DNA of 63,992 nucleotides, counting the filler. It is 3 parts of 3 records of this genome, joined end to end, with 100 filler letters (N's around TTAATTAATTAA, not from the genome) between each part and the next. Parts side by side here need not be neighbours in the genome. Positions count along the whole stretch, not along the records: positions 1 to 29,178 come from SRR31156797_6543; 2 more parts are not named here. The stretch is one strand, 5' to 3'. Below are positions 9,787-19,477 of this stretch, one piece after another. The notes under the pieces are model-generated. The model was not told the DNA's origin. It searched no databases and saw only the letters and a list, made by a program, of their open reading frames with translations. A program made the translations under genes and the position numbers. The first letter of the stretch is position 1. Each line of letters opens with the position of its first letter.

Positions 9787-10513
9787 CGGCCATACACAAC
9801 CCCTGAGCAGGAGCTGTAGCCGGAGCCGCAGTTCTATCCTTCATCTGTAATAATGATCGGACAGTTTCGGGTTCGGCTTTACCCCGACCTATGCGAACAA
9901 GGCAGCCAACCATATTGCGGACCATCTGCTTGAGGAAACCGGAGCCGCAAACTTCCAACACCATCTCTTGTGGTGTCTGGCCGGGATAACGCTTGAATTC
10001 ATGGATAGTACGCACTGTGGATTTAATCTCAGTCCCGGTATTCTGAAAGGAAGAAAAATCGTGTTCGCCGAGAAAATGCTGCATACCCTGATCGAGAGCG
10101 GAAAAATCCAAAGGACCGCACTTCCAGACATAATGCCTGCGCCAAGGCAGAAAAAAGGAATTTTCCAACCACAATGTATACGTATAAGTTTTACGGATCG
10201 CACTGTAGCGGGAATGAAATTCGGAAGAAACAGGCTGTGCGTCCAGAATGGTAACATCGTCAGGAAGAAGAGAATTGAGCGCCCGTTGCCACTTAACAGC
10301 GACAAAACGGCTATCCACATCAAAATGAGCCACCTGTCCAAGAGCATGCACGCCACTGTCCGTGCGGCCCGAACCATGCACTCGTACCGGGGTTCCGGTA
10401 ATGCGAATTATAGCTTTTTCCAACACGCCCTGCACTGTGCGCAGTCTGGGTTGCAACTGCCAGCCGCAAAAGTCCGTGCCGTCATAGGCAATGATGAGTT
10501 TGATTCTTTGCAA
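9701..10513 (-). CDS. truA: tRNA pseudouridine(38-40) synthase
   Basis: IAYDGTDFCGWQ, SGRTDSGVHA, GEHDFSSF, FLKQMVRNMVG, TAPAQGL. Confidence 0.95.
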   Translation of the reverse strand: MQRIKLIIAYDGTDFCGWQLQPRLRTVQGVLEKAIIRITGTPVRVHGSGRTDSGVHALGQVAHFDVDSRFVAVKWQRALNSLLPDDVTILDAQPVSSEFHSRYSAIRKTYTYTLWLENSFFLPWRRHYVWKCGPLDFSALDQGMQHFLGEHDFSSFQNTGTEIKSTVRTIHEFKRYPGQTPQEMVLEVCGSGFLKQMVRNMVGCLVRIGRGKAEPETVRSLLQMKDRTAAPATAPAQGLCMAGVYYGETGCGRTYTGRNQAQDCGINGEV

Positions 10514-10527
10514 TTTAAAAAAACTTA

Positions 10528-11211
10528 TTATTCTTCCAGAGGTGTCTGTAACTTGGTCAGTTCTTCGGAAAGCTTGGCTGCTTTCTTGGGACTCACGAAA
10601 CCGAGAATCGCTCCGGCACTGCGGCCACGCATACCTGACAAAATCTTGACGGCGAGATCGGTATCAAGAGATTCAATGACCTTAGCTGCCTGCTTGGCTT
10701 TCATGGCAGTATAAACTCCCACCAGATGCTTGATCTTCTTATCCTTAAGCACGTCGGCATCGGCGATCATCTTTTTGAGCCGTTTTTCAAGATCATTTAA
10801 CTCGGCTAGCTTTTTATCCAGATTCTGCTCAAGAGTGCGCAGAGAACGCTCTTTACGGGCCAGTTCATCTTCCTTAGCCTTAAGTGCTTTCCAGTCTGCT
10901 TCGGGCATATTGGAGGGCTTGGCAGCTGTCTTAGGTGCAGCCTTGGCTTTATCCTTAGCTTCAGCCTCTGCGGCAAGGGCCTGCGGAGGAGTAACAACGT
11001 TACGCACAACATTGCTTTCCACAACGGCTTCCACAACCTCTTTAACTTCCTTGTGAGGAACAGTAAGGTCAAAACCCAAGGAACCGATCAGGGAAAGCTT
11101 GAAAAGTGCCAGTAAAATCAGGCAGACAAGTATCTTAGAAATTTTCAGGTTTGAAGCGAATTGTTGCCATTTCGTCGAACTCTTTTTGTTCTTTGAGACT
11201 TTCTTCTTCAT
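10528..11211 (-). CDS. MotE family (MgtE_N-like) flagellar motility protein
   Basis: N-terminal TM segment, coiled coil, then LVGVYTAMKAKQAAKVI...AVKILSGM; directly after fliJ. Start is uncertain. Confidence 0.75.
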   Translation of the reverse strand: MKKKVSKNKKSSTKWQQFASNLKISKILVCLILLALFKLSLIGSLGFDLTVPHKEVKEVVEAVVESNVVRNVVTPPQALAAEAEAKDKAKAAPKTAAKPSNMPEADWKALKAKEDELARKERSLRTLEQNLDKKLAELNDLEKRLKKMIADADVLKDKKIKHLVGVYTAMKAKQAAKVIESLDTDLAVKILSGMRGRSAGAILGFVSPKKAAKLSEELTKLQTPLEE

Positions 11212-11572
11212 GATATTTCTTCGCCTGATTTTCTTTTAGCTTTTCGAGCAATTTACGATCTTTTGACTTTATAACAGCTTCTGCACGACATTTTTGCAAG
11301 TTCAGGGCCAACTGCTTCAAACGAAGCTGAGCAGCGTGAAGATCCTCTTTGAGAGCCATATCATACTGCTGCCAGAGCCACATATCATTGGCAGAAAGAT
11401 TGTCGTATTTCTTCTTCTGGTGGGCAACTATAGTTTCCTCTACAGCCCAAAGCTTCTTCTTTTGCTCCTGATGCAGACGCAGGGCTTCCGCAAGAGCAAG
11501 CCGCGCCTGCTCTTCCGCCTGTTCCCTGAACTCCAGAACCTTTTCAAGTTTGAACACAAAAGGCTTGGGCAT
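11135..11572 (-). CDS. fliJ: flagellar export protein FliJ
   Basis: FVFKLEKVLEFR...DRKLLEKLKE...EQKEFDE. Confidence 0.9.
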   Translation of the reverse strand: MPKPFVFKLEKVLEFREQAEEQARLALAEALRLHQEQKKKLWAVEETIVAHQKKKYDNLSANDMWLWQQYDMALKEDLHAAQLRLKQLALNLQKCRAEAVIKSKDRKLLEKLKENQAKKYHEEESLKEQKEFDEMATIRFKPENF

Positions 11573-11596
11573 ATTATGAATTGGTCATTGTGATGA

Positions 11597-11761
11597 TTAC
11601 TTCTTTTCTTCCGGTTTTCCGGCCAATCCGCAATATCCTTTATCTCCGTCAGCGAACCGCCACATCATACACATGGTTCCCTGACAGAATTTCATCTTGT
11701 CATCACTGGTCATCAGATAGGGACAGTACTTGAACTTGGCTTCGTTTTCAGAATAGAGCAT
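11597..11761 (-). CDS. 54-aa four-cysteine small protein (below the ORF-track cutoff)
   Basis: GAGGT RBS before ATG; translates to MLYSENEAKFKYCPYLMTSDDKMKFCQGTMCMMWRFADGDKGYCGLAGKPEEKK; fills the gap between two co-oriented genes. Confidence 0.8.
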   Translation of the reverse strand: MLYSENEAKFKYCPYLMTSDDKMKFCQGTMCMMWRFADGDKGYCGLAGKPEEKK

Positions 11762-11774
11762 GGATACCTCGCTG

Positions 11775-12983
11775 CTAGTTGGATACGACTTTTTCGTAGA
11801 TCAGACACTGCTTGCCCATGGCCTGCTTGACATATTCCTTGACCAGAACGCCGATGCGCTCTTCGCGGGTGAACTTGTCGGCATATTTGCCGTTCTCGTA
11901 CACTTCAGGGAATTCATCGGACAAAACCGGATGTTTAGCAGCAAAATGCTCGACCTGCTTTGAATACTCGGAAATATAATGATCAAGTTCCTGCTCAGGC
12001 AGTGCTTCAATCTCCCTGACCTTCTCAGCAAACACTTCCGGTTCGGGAAGAGTGTCGGATTCCATCAGGGCGGTAAAAGCACGTCCAAACCGCTGACTGC
12101 CTTCAAAAATATGCTTGGGACGAACCACATTCAGCCCAGCCCAGCCGGCGCGCAGCCATTTGAATAAATAGCTTACGGTCTGACCGGGATCGTTTTTGTC
12201 CTGGATATAAAGGTTCACGGACATGGAATCGTACATGAAAGTATCCATCCAGCCCATGCCGCCCGAAGTCAGGCCGGGAATGCCACTATAAAAATAATTC
12301 CACTGGTTATCATCCACAACCAGCCCTTTCATGCCCACACTGGACTTGTCCATCTGCTTGGAAACGGAGAGAAAGACATCACGGTCTTCAAATTTCATAA
12401 GAACCAACAGACGGTTCAGGTCGTAGCGATAGTAGGCTCCTCCGAAAGAATCCGGGGTGTTAACTTCAAATTCCTTACCACGCCAGACTCTGGGAGTAGC
12501 GCAGTCATCAAGGAATTTCCAAGGCTGGGCCTTTTCAGTATAAAACTGACTATCAGGAGACCAACCGCTAACCCGGATAACAGAAGGATAGATGGCGTAG
12601 TTAGGAATTTCAGGGTTGTAAGTATATTCAAGAATTCTCTTCAAACCGGCATTAACCTGCATACGCATGGCCGCACCATTGGCGGAGTCACGTTTAGGCA
12701 GCTTGATAATCTTATCGGTTGCCGGTGTATCATCCACATATTTGATCAGGGCAGCAATTTTAACAGCATCCAGATTTGACCCACTACCGGCCATAAAATC
12801 GAACAGATAATTAAGACCTGCATCAACCTGCTTAGGAAGGGTTACTTTTTTGTCTTTATCTTTATCTCCAAAAGAGCACTCGCCTTCCGCTGCCATGAAA
12901 AGAAAAGGAACCATGGCGACCATAACCACGGCAACCGCACGTAATAATGTCCGAAAGGGTTTCGAACCCATAAGAAATTTCAT
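11775..12983 (-). CDS. exported hypothetical protein
   Basis: 402-aa ORF with a signal/anchor-like N-terminus and AAGGTG RBS; no family recognised. Confidence 0.75.
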   Translation of the reverse strand: MKFLMGSKPFRTLLRAVAVVMVAMVPFLFMAAEGECSFGDKDKDKKVTLPKQVDAGLNYLFDFMAGSGSNLDAVKIAALIKYVDDTPATDKIIKLPKRDSANGAAMRMQVNAGLKRILEYTYNPEIPNYAIYPSVIRVSGWSPDSQFYTEKAQPWKFLDDCATPRVWRGKEFEVNTPDSFGGAYYRYDLNRLLVLMKFEDRDVFLSVSKQMDKSSVGMKGLVVDDNQWNYFYSGIPGLTSGGMGWMDTFMYDSMSVNLYIQDKNDPGQTVSYLFKWLRAGWAGLNVVRPKHIFEGSQRFGRAFTALMESDTLPEPEVFAEKVREIEALPEQELDHYISEYSKQVEHFAAKHPVLSDEFPEVYENGKYADKFTREERIGVLVKEYVKQAMGKQCLIYEKVVSN

Positions 12984-13251
12984 ATATTTTATTCACCTTC
13001 CCATCTTGGCACGACGGGTTTTTAGCTGATTTCTGTACTCTCTATTTATTCACTAATCCGCATCTTGGCAAGCTCAGCTTTTTGGCAGGAACCTGCACCG
13101 TTACTTTGTTGAATGCTCATAAAGGCACTACTTTGGATAAGCAAAATAAATACCCTTTGTAAGTTCATACGTAATTTACAATGAGTATGTGTTGCTGCTG
13201 GATTTGCCAGCCCCAAATAAAAAGGTCAACTGTCCATAATCCGTCAACAGC

Positions 13252-13288
13252 AAAAAGGCTGGAGCGATCCATGATCATCTCCAGCCTT
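13252..13288 (-). terminator. Rho-independent terminator after the MCP gene
   Basis: AAGGCTGGAG...CTCCAGCCTT stem with a T-run on the minus strand. Confidence 0.7.
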
Positions 13289-13313
13289 ATTTACAATTAA
13301 GAGCCTGTTATTG

Positions 13314-15407
13314 CTATGACTTCTTAAGATCTTCAATCAAATTATTGAGCATATTGGAGAGTTCTGCCAGATTAGCCATGGCATCTGCAGATTGTTCCAT
13401 GGCGTTAAAGTTCTCATCCGCAATACGATTAATCTCCGAAGTGGACATATTGATTTCTTCTGAAGCGGCACTCTGCTGTTCCGCTGCAGTAGCAATGGAC
13501 CGAACCTGCTCCGCAACCAGCTCAATAATGTCAAGGATAGACTTTAAAGCATCACCGGCTTCATTTACTAAGGTGGTCGTGGAATCGACCATCTCGGTTG
13601 TCTCAGTCATAGTATTGATTGAATTTCGTGAGGACTGCTGAATAGAACCAATGGCTTCACCAACCTCAGAAGTCGCACTCACGGTTTTTTCCGCCAACTT
13701 ACGGACTTCGTCGGCAACAACGGCAAAACCGCGCCCTGCTTCACCGGCACGAGCCGCCTCAATAGCCGCATTCAATGCCAGTAGGTTGGTTTGGTCCGCA
13801 ATATCGGTAATCACGCTCATTACACTGCTGATAGACTCGGCCTTCTCACCCAGCTGACCCATTTCAGAACCCAGCTTTGCTGATTCCGCCTTGAGGTTGC
13901 TGACTGCGGTTACAACCTTGTCTACAATTTCAGTACCGTGAACGGCTTCGTTTCTAGCGCGCTCAGCCTCTTCAGAACTCTTAGAGGCATTTGCTGCAAC
14001 TTCCAAAACAGTCGCGTTCATCTCTTCCATTGCAGTGGCATTTTCCGCAGCCCGCTCTCGCTGCATTTCCGAACCGCCCCGTGACTCTTCGATATTTGCG
14101 GAAAGCTCGGTGGAAGAGGAAGAAATGCGTTCAACAATCTCCTCAAGCTGACCGGCAGCCTGCATCATGCCATCGCGCTTGGCTGTTTCAGCCTTACGGG
14201 TAGCCTCTTCAGCTTCAGTCAGAGCCTCTTCGGCCTGCAGAGTTTTATCTTCAGCCTCACGGGTCTTTTCATCAGCAAGGGAAATCGTCTCAACCAATTC
14301 CCCGGTCATAGATTGCAGGTTATCCAACAGATCACGAAGTTCAGCTTTATAGGACACATCTTCGGGTTTTGCATTATAATTGCCACTGGCAATCTGATTG
14401 GCAAATTCACCCATGGCGTGGATGGGGCGAACAAGTCTGGAATTGACGAGAAAAGCTCCCAACAGACCGAAAACAATTGCCGCCACAGCAGCAATTGTGA
14501 GCATAGTCAGGTTAGCCTCCTTGGAAGCAGCATAAATTTCTGCATGAGGAATAAAAGCGATCATGCTCCAGCCTGTCTCTTCTGACCGATAAACTTCAGC
14601 TGAAAACTTAGCACCACTGAATTCCAAAGATTCAAGCCAGTCAGTTTTAGAGTAATAAGCTGTTTTCAAGGCAGCATTATCAACTTCATCAATTTTCTTA
14701 AAATTATTCTTGGGAGTTTTAGGGTCGGCCAGAATAGTTCCATCTCCCTGAACCAGCACAACAAAGCCCGTTTCACCAATTTTCAGATTGTTGATAATCT
14801 TAGTCAGATCACCCAGTGAAATATCTACAGCGGAAACCCCTATAAAACTTCCGCTCCGGTCTTTAATCTTGGTCACCATACCGATATTAGGGAATCCCTC
14901 GGTGGTCATGTAGGCTGAAAGAAGAGTCGATTCTTGGGAAGATTTTTTTCCCTGTTTGTACCAAGGGCGCTTACGTGGATCATAATTATTTTTCAGAGTT
15001 TCTGTGCCGTCCTGAGTGTATCCGCCATCTTCAAAACCAAGATATACGTATGCAAAAGCCGGGTTGGCCTTCATTAGATTGTTGGCAAGGCGGTTAACCA
15101 TAATTTCGGTTTGATCTGTAGCATACTGAGCAGGTTTGCTGGAACCATCAAGCTCGAAATATTTGGTCCACCTGCCCATGGCACTCTTAGTCTCATCCAA
15201 TCCGGCTACAAACCGACTCACGTTTTCGGCTTTCTTTAAAATTTCGGCAATATAGTTGTTAATCAGCTTTAATTCCTGACTGGCTGTTTTCCTGTAGGAA
15301 TCTTCAGCAGTCCTGTCGAACTGCATAGAAACAGTAAACATTACCACTCCCACCGAGATTATCATCGGTAAAACAATAGCCAGGATCATTCTTGTTCTTA
15401 TCTTCAT
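13314..15407 (-). CDS. methyl-accepting chemotaxis protein (dCache-HAMP-MA)
   Basis: Two TMs, YDPRKRPWY dCache motif, IADQTNLLALNAAIEAARAGEAGRGFAVVADEVRKLAE. Start set at MKIRTRM. Confidence 0.95.
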   Translation of the reverse strand: MKIRTRMILAIVLPMIISVGVVMFTVSMQFDRTAEDSYRKTASQELKLINNYIAEILKKAENVSRFVAGLDETKSAMGRWTKYFELDGSSKPAQYATDQTEIMVNRLANNLMKANPAFAYVYLGFEDGGYTQDGTETLKNNYDPRKRPWYKQGKKSSQESTLLSAYMTTEGFPNIGMVTKIKDRSGSFIGVSAVDISLGDLTKIINNLKIGETGFVVLVQGDGTILADPKTPKNNFKKIDEVDNAALKTAYYSKTDWLESLEFSGAKFSAEVYRSEETGWSMIAFIPHAEIYAASKEANLTMLTIAAVAAIVFGLLGAFLVNSRLVRPIHAMGEFANQIASGNYNAKPEDVSYKAELRDLLDNLQSMTGELVETISLADEKTREAEDKTLQAEEALTEAEEATRKAETAKRDGMMQAAGQLEEIVERISSSSTELSANIEESRGGSEMQRERAAENATAMEEMNATVLEVAANASKSSEEAERARNEAVHGTEIVDKVVTAVSNLKAESAKLGSEMGQLGEKAESISSVMSVITDIADQTNLLALNAAIEAARAGEAGRGFAVVADEVRKLAEKTVSATSEVGEAIGSIQQSSRNSINTMTETTEMVDSTTTLVNEAGDALKSILDIIELVAEQVRSIATAAEQQSAASEEINMSTSEINRIADENFNAMEQSADAMANLAELSNMLNNLIEDLKKS

Positions 15408-15516
15408 CGACTCACCCTTTTTTAAAAGATTCTGAACAGACAAACCTAGAATATAAATTAAACATAATATATCTTCATTGTCCAACTAATCTAAAAAAGA
15501 GGCCATCTACTTACCC

Positions 15517-15544
15517 AAAAAAAAGACGCCCTTAAAGGCGTCTT
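15517..15544 (-). terminator. Rho-independent terminator after the ferredoxin gene
   Basis: AAGACGCC-CTTAAA-GGCGTCTT with an adjacent A-run (T-run on the minus strand). Confidence 0.75.
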
Positions 15545-15571
15545 AGCAAAAACACTTATCAGAAACACATT

Positions 15572-15763
15572 CTATTCAATAGCAATACATTCAACCGGAC
15601 ACGTATCAATTGATTCAAGTACACATTCAAGCTCAACTGCATCTTCTTTGATCACTTCCGCCTTTTCACCATCTGAATCAAGAGCAAAGACTTCCGGACA
15701 AAGTTCCACGCAGGTTTCACAACCAATACACTCATCCTGATCAATCACTACCTTTTTAGCCAT
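15572..15763 (-). CDS. monocluster [4Fe-4S]/[3Fe-4S] ferredoxin
   Basis: MAKKVVIDQDECIGCETCVELCPEVF...TCPVECI with a GGAGG RBS before the ATG at 15763. Confidence 0.92.
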   Translation of the reverse strand: MAKKVVIDQDECIGCETCVELCPEVFALDSDGEKAEVIKEDAVELECVLESIDTCPVECIAIE

Positions 15764-15878
15764 AATATGCCTCCAAAACGTTGGATAAGAACTACTGCTT
15801 TTATTTTGAAAACAACCTAAACACAAAGAGTCTATTTTGTGCAAGCTTTTACTTGCGCATTAATAACAAAAAAAAAGC

Positions 15879-16625
15879 TCAATAGTTTTCGATCAATGTA
15901 GCGTAAGTGCCGTTCGCCTTTATCTTTTGCAACCCGTTGTTGAATATCTTCAAAAAATATTTCGAATTCTTTTTTTTCTTACAAAACAGCAGATAAAGAT
16001 TTTCAGATTTCAAAGAAGTAGCAACCTCGCCAAAATCCGAAATCTGCTCGGGATATAATTTCTTAATCATGTATCGGCCCACATCATCACTTTCCAACAA
16101 GAAATCAATACGCTCTTTAAGCAACATTTCAAAACCATTGCTAATGCATGACACCGGTTCACACCTAAATCCCATTCGCTTTAAATCATTACCCAACTCA
16201 TACCCCAAGGGGACGCCAACCCTATATCTGCTCAATTTTTCGCTTGAAAAAATGACTGGAGCTGTAAATTTCTTTTTCAAATAAAATAAGGACGTTTTCA
16301 ATTCATAGATCGGATCAGAATATAAAAAGGATTGTTTTCGTTTATCACGCATAACCCAAGGAAAAGATCCATCAACTCCTGCCTGCTTTAGGCTCAGCAT
16401 GGCTCTTTTCCATGGATAAAAACAAAATTCTGCCTTGATCCCTTCCGCAGCAAAAGCGGCCTTCACAATATCTGCACAAATCCCACTTCCTCCTGCGGCT
16501 TCTGAAACATAGGGAGGCCACTCTCCTGTGGAGAGACTTAAAACCTCACCACAAAAGCCCGCATTGGGGAACACCACCGACACAAACAAGCAGAGGATAA
16601 AAAAAATTCGCTTAATATAACCCAT
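15879..16625 (-). CDS. periplasmic solute-binding protein (family 3 / PAAT-like)
   Basis: Signal peptide, STGEWPPY, YPWKRA, FNNGLQKIKANGTY. Confidence 0.85.
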   Translation of the reverse strand: MGYIKRIFFILCLFVSVVFPNAGFCGEVLSLSTGEWPPYVSEAAGGSGICADIVKAAFAAEGIKAEFCFYPWKRAMLSLKQAGVDGSFPWVMRDKRKQSFLYSDPIYELKTSLFYLKKKFTAPVIFSSEKLSRYRVGVPLGYELGNDLKRMGFRCEPVSCISNGFEMLLKERIDFLLESDDVGRYMIKKLYPEQISDFGEVATSLKSENLYLLFCKKKKNSKYFLKIFNNGLQKIKANGTYATLIENY

Positions 16626-17403
16626 ATTTTTTCACTATCATCTCATAAGTTCCATCATCTCTTATACTCTGCAAGCCACGATTAAATCTTCTTATAAATT
16701 CTTCACTTTCCGCATTCTTCTTTGTAAACAACAAATACAACCTTTCGGAACCCACAGGAGCAGGGATGGAGCTGAACAGACTTTCTTGATCCGAAAACAA
16801 ACTTCTGATCAAAACGTTACCGACTACATAACTTTCACTCATAAAATCAATATAGCCACGCACCAGCTTCTGCATCCCCATTACATTGTCAGGCACTTCA
16901 ACAATGTTTAACCCCATCTTGCGATACTGATCAGCTTGGGCATAACCACGCGCAACGCCTATCCTATACTTCTTTAATCCCTCAAGGCTGCTCGCAATCA
17001 GCCCATCCGGATAAAATTTCCTATGGTAGAACAATCTCACGGTACGACTGTGCAGCGGATCAGAATATAAGGCGAACTTCTCCCGTTCCGGTCTTTTCAC
17101 CCAAGGGAAAGAAGCCATAGTCCCCCCTCTTTCCAAGGTCAATAATGCCCGTTTCCAAGGATAAAATTTATACTCGGCTATCAATCCGGCTCTTTTCATT
17201 GCAGCAGACACGATATCATAGCTCATACCTGTCCCCCCCTTGTCGGCTGAGACATAAGGCGCCCATTCTCCTGTAGCAACAGTAACAACTTCCCCTGCCG
17301 CAACAACACGGGTAGAACTGAGTATTATCAACACCGCAAGCACAACGCCGAGTACTCGTATTTGGGTCAAGTCATACCTTCTTGCCAACACTAAAAACCT
17401 CAT
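16612..17403 (-). CDS. periplasmic solute-binding protein (family 3 / PAAT-like)
   Basis: ATGEWAPY, YPWKRA, FNRGLQSIRDDGTY; paralog of the adjacent gene. Confidence 0.85.
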   Translation of the reverse strand: MRFLVLARRYDLTQIRVLGVVLAVLIILSSTRVVAAGEVVTVATGEWAPYVSADKGGTGMSYDIVSAAMKRAGLIAEYKFYPWKRALLTLERGGTMASFPWVKRPEREKFALYSDPLHSRTVRLFYHRKFYPDGLIASSLEGLKKYRIGVARGYAQADQYRKMGLNIVEVPDNVMGMQKLVRGYIDFMSESYVVGNVLIRSLFSDQESLFSSIPAPVGSERLYLLFTKKNAESEEFIRRFNRGLQSIRDDGTYEMIVKKYGLY

Positions 17404-17489
17404 CAGTTAACAGAAATACTTTCTAAATAATCAATAACACAGCACACACAACGTGTCTAAAATCTTTTCTAATGCCCCACAAAAACACC

Positions 17490-17522
17490 AAAACCCCCGA
17501 AAACATCGTTTCCGGGGGTTTT
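17490..17522 (-). terminator. terminator after the liv operon
   Basis: AAAACCCCCG-AAAACATCGTTTC-CGGGGGTTTT. Confidence 0.75.
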
Positions 17523-17542
17523 AAAGCTGTTTATTAAAATAC

Positions 17543-18256
17543 TTATTCGCCGAGATATGCCTTCTGGATATCCGGGTTATCAAGAAGTTTTGAGGCTTCA
17601 TCTTCCATGACTACATTTCCGGTTTCAAGAACATAGCCACGATGAGCCATGCTGAGAGCAACCTTTGCATTCTGCTCTACCAGAATTATCGTCGTGCCAA
17701 GCCTGTTAATCTCATTGATAATATCAAAAATCTGCTTAACGATAAGCGGCGCAAGCCCAAGTGAAGGTTCGTCCAGAAGAAGAACCTTTGGACGACTCAT
17801 AAGCGCGCGCCCTATAGCAAGCATTTGCTGCTCACCACCGGACAGGGTTCCGCCAGCCTGCCTGCGTCTTTCGCGCAAGATGGGGAACATGGCAAAGACC
17901 CGCTCCATATCGTCGGCGATCTCATTATCGTTACGGAAAAAGGCCCCCATGTCGAGGTTCTCTTCAATGGTCAGCCTCGGAAAGATACGCCGCCCTTCAG
18001 GAACCTGACAAAGCCCCATGGATGGCAAATTGTCGGATGCAACCTTGTTGATGCATTTACCCTTGTAGTAAATTTCACCGGCGGTGGCCTTGACGATATT
18101 GCAGATGGTCATCAAGGTGGTAGATTTACCGGCACCGTTGGCACCGATGATAGAAACGATTTCTCCTTCCATAACCTTGATATTGATACCTTTCAGGGCC
18201 TTGATACTGCCATATCCCGCATGGACATCACGAAGTTCTAAGATAGGTTCTGACAT
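17543..18256 (-). CDS. livF: branched-chain amino acid ABC transporter ATPase
   Basis: GANGAGKST, VPEGRRIF, LSGGEQQMLAIGRALM, LDEPSLGLAP. Confidence 0.93.
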   Translation of the reverse strand: MSEPILELRDVHAGYGSIKALKGINIKVMEGEIVSIIGANGAGKSTTLMTICNIVKATAGEIYYKGKCINKVASDNLPSMGLCQVPEGRRIFPRLTIEENLDMGAFFRNDNEIADDMERVFAMFPILRERRRQAGGTLSGGEQQMLAIGRALMSRPKVLLLDEPSLGLAPLIVKQIFDIINEINRLGTTIILVEQNAKVALSMAHRGYVLETGNVVMEDEASKLLDNPDIQKAYLGE

Positions 18257-18259
18257 GGC

Positions 18260-19477
18260 TTAATCCTTTTCCGCCTTCATTCTACGTTTGGGAGGCAGCA
18301 GCCCCTGCGGCCTGAAGAGCATCATCAATGTCATGACGCCACCGAAAACAAGCATGCGATAAAGTTCGAAATCTCTGAAAATTTCCGGCAAGGCAATGAG
18401 TGCCAGAGCACCGAGAATAACCCCTGGAATGGACCCCATACCACCGAGAACAACCATGGACAAAACCATTGCCGATTCAAGGAAGGTAAATGATTCCGGG
18501 CTGACAAAACGCATACGTGCGGCATAAAAAGCCCCGGCCATGCCGCCGAAACAGGCACCGGAACAATAAGCCAGCAACTTCATGTAAAAAGTGGGAATCC
18601 CCATGACCTCGGCTGCGGTTTCATCCTCGCGAATAGCTTCCCATGCACGCCCGATACGAGAGTGATTCAAACGGTAGACTGCGATGATGGTAAAGACCAC
18701 CAAGGCCAGAATAACGTAATAAATCAGGGAAAGCTTCTTGAGCCAGAGATGCTCAAGGGTGAATCCATTGGCAAAGTCAGGCCAGTATATCCCCGGAGCC
18801 TTGATCCCGGTGATCCCGTTAGGACCGTTGGTCAAACTCATCCAGTTATTGAAGACCATGCGCACGATTTCTGCGAAACCGAGGGTGACGATAGCCAGAT
18901 AATCTCCGCGCATACGCATGGAGCAATAACCGATGATGCAGGCCCCCAATCCAGCTACGGCAGCACTTATGGGCAGGCAGATCCAGAAAGCCAGCTTATA
19001 GGACACCGAAAGCAATGCATAGGTATAGGCACCAAGGCCGTAAAAAGCGATGTAACCGAGATCAAGCATACCTGCGAGGCCAACAACAATGTTCAAGCCA
19101 AGGCCAAGGCAGATATAGATCATGCAGTTAATGGCAACATCCTGCGCATAGCGCCCGAAAAGATGGGGGTACGCTACAGCAAAGGCTAGTATGACAAAAG
19201 CCCAAACCGCAAACGGAAGTGTCGAAGTTGCTTTCTTCACTCCTCCCACCGCAGCTCCGGCCGGCTTGGTAATAAAATTGAATACCCCGATACTGTTCAG
19301 CTGCCTTAAGACAAGAAGAAACGAGCACCCGGCGGCAATCTTCCACCAGACCGAAAAAGTTTTAGCGACTTCCAATCCTTCAGGCTTGATCCCCAGCAGA
19401 GGCCAGAGCAGGACGAAGAGCCAGATCATCCCAACGCCTAAAGAAGTCCAGTGCTTTTTAAACTCTGGTATCGTCAA
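18260..19477 (-). CDS. livM: branched-chain amino acid ABC transporter permease
   Basis: GLNIVVGLAGMLDLG, RGDYLAIVTLGFAEI, AIREDETAA. Confidence 0.92.
   Translation of the reverse strand: MTIPEFKKHWTSLGVGMIWLFVLLWPLLGIKPEGLEVAKTFSVWWKIAAGCSFLLVLRQLNSIGVFNFITKPAGAAVGGVKKATSTLPFAVWAFVILAFAVAYPHLFGRYAQDVAINCMIYICLGLGLNIVVGLAGMLDLGYIAFYGLGAYTYALLSVSYKLAFWICLPISAAVAGLGACIIGYCSMRMRGDYLAIVTLGFAEIVRMVFNNWMSLTNGPNGITGIKAPGIYWPDFANGFTLEHLWLKKLSLIYYVILALVVFTIIAVYRLNHSRIGRAWEAIREDETAAEVMGIPTFYMKLLAYCSGACFGGMAGAFYAARMRFVSPESFTFLESAMVLSMVVLGGMGSIPGVILGALALIALPEIFRDFELYRMLVFGGVMTLMMLFRPQGLLPPKRRMKAEKD

Noticed and set aside
13000..13100. TTGGCA motifs suggesting a sigma54 promoter; CATCTTGGCA occurs twice
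   Set aside because: GG-to-GC spacing is not the required 10 nt and the orientation points away from the adjacent gene start.
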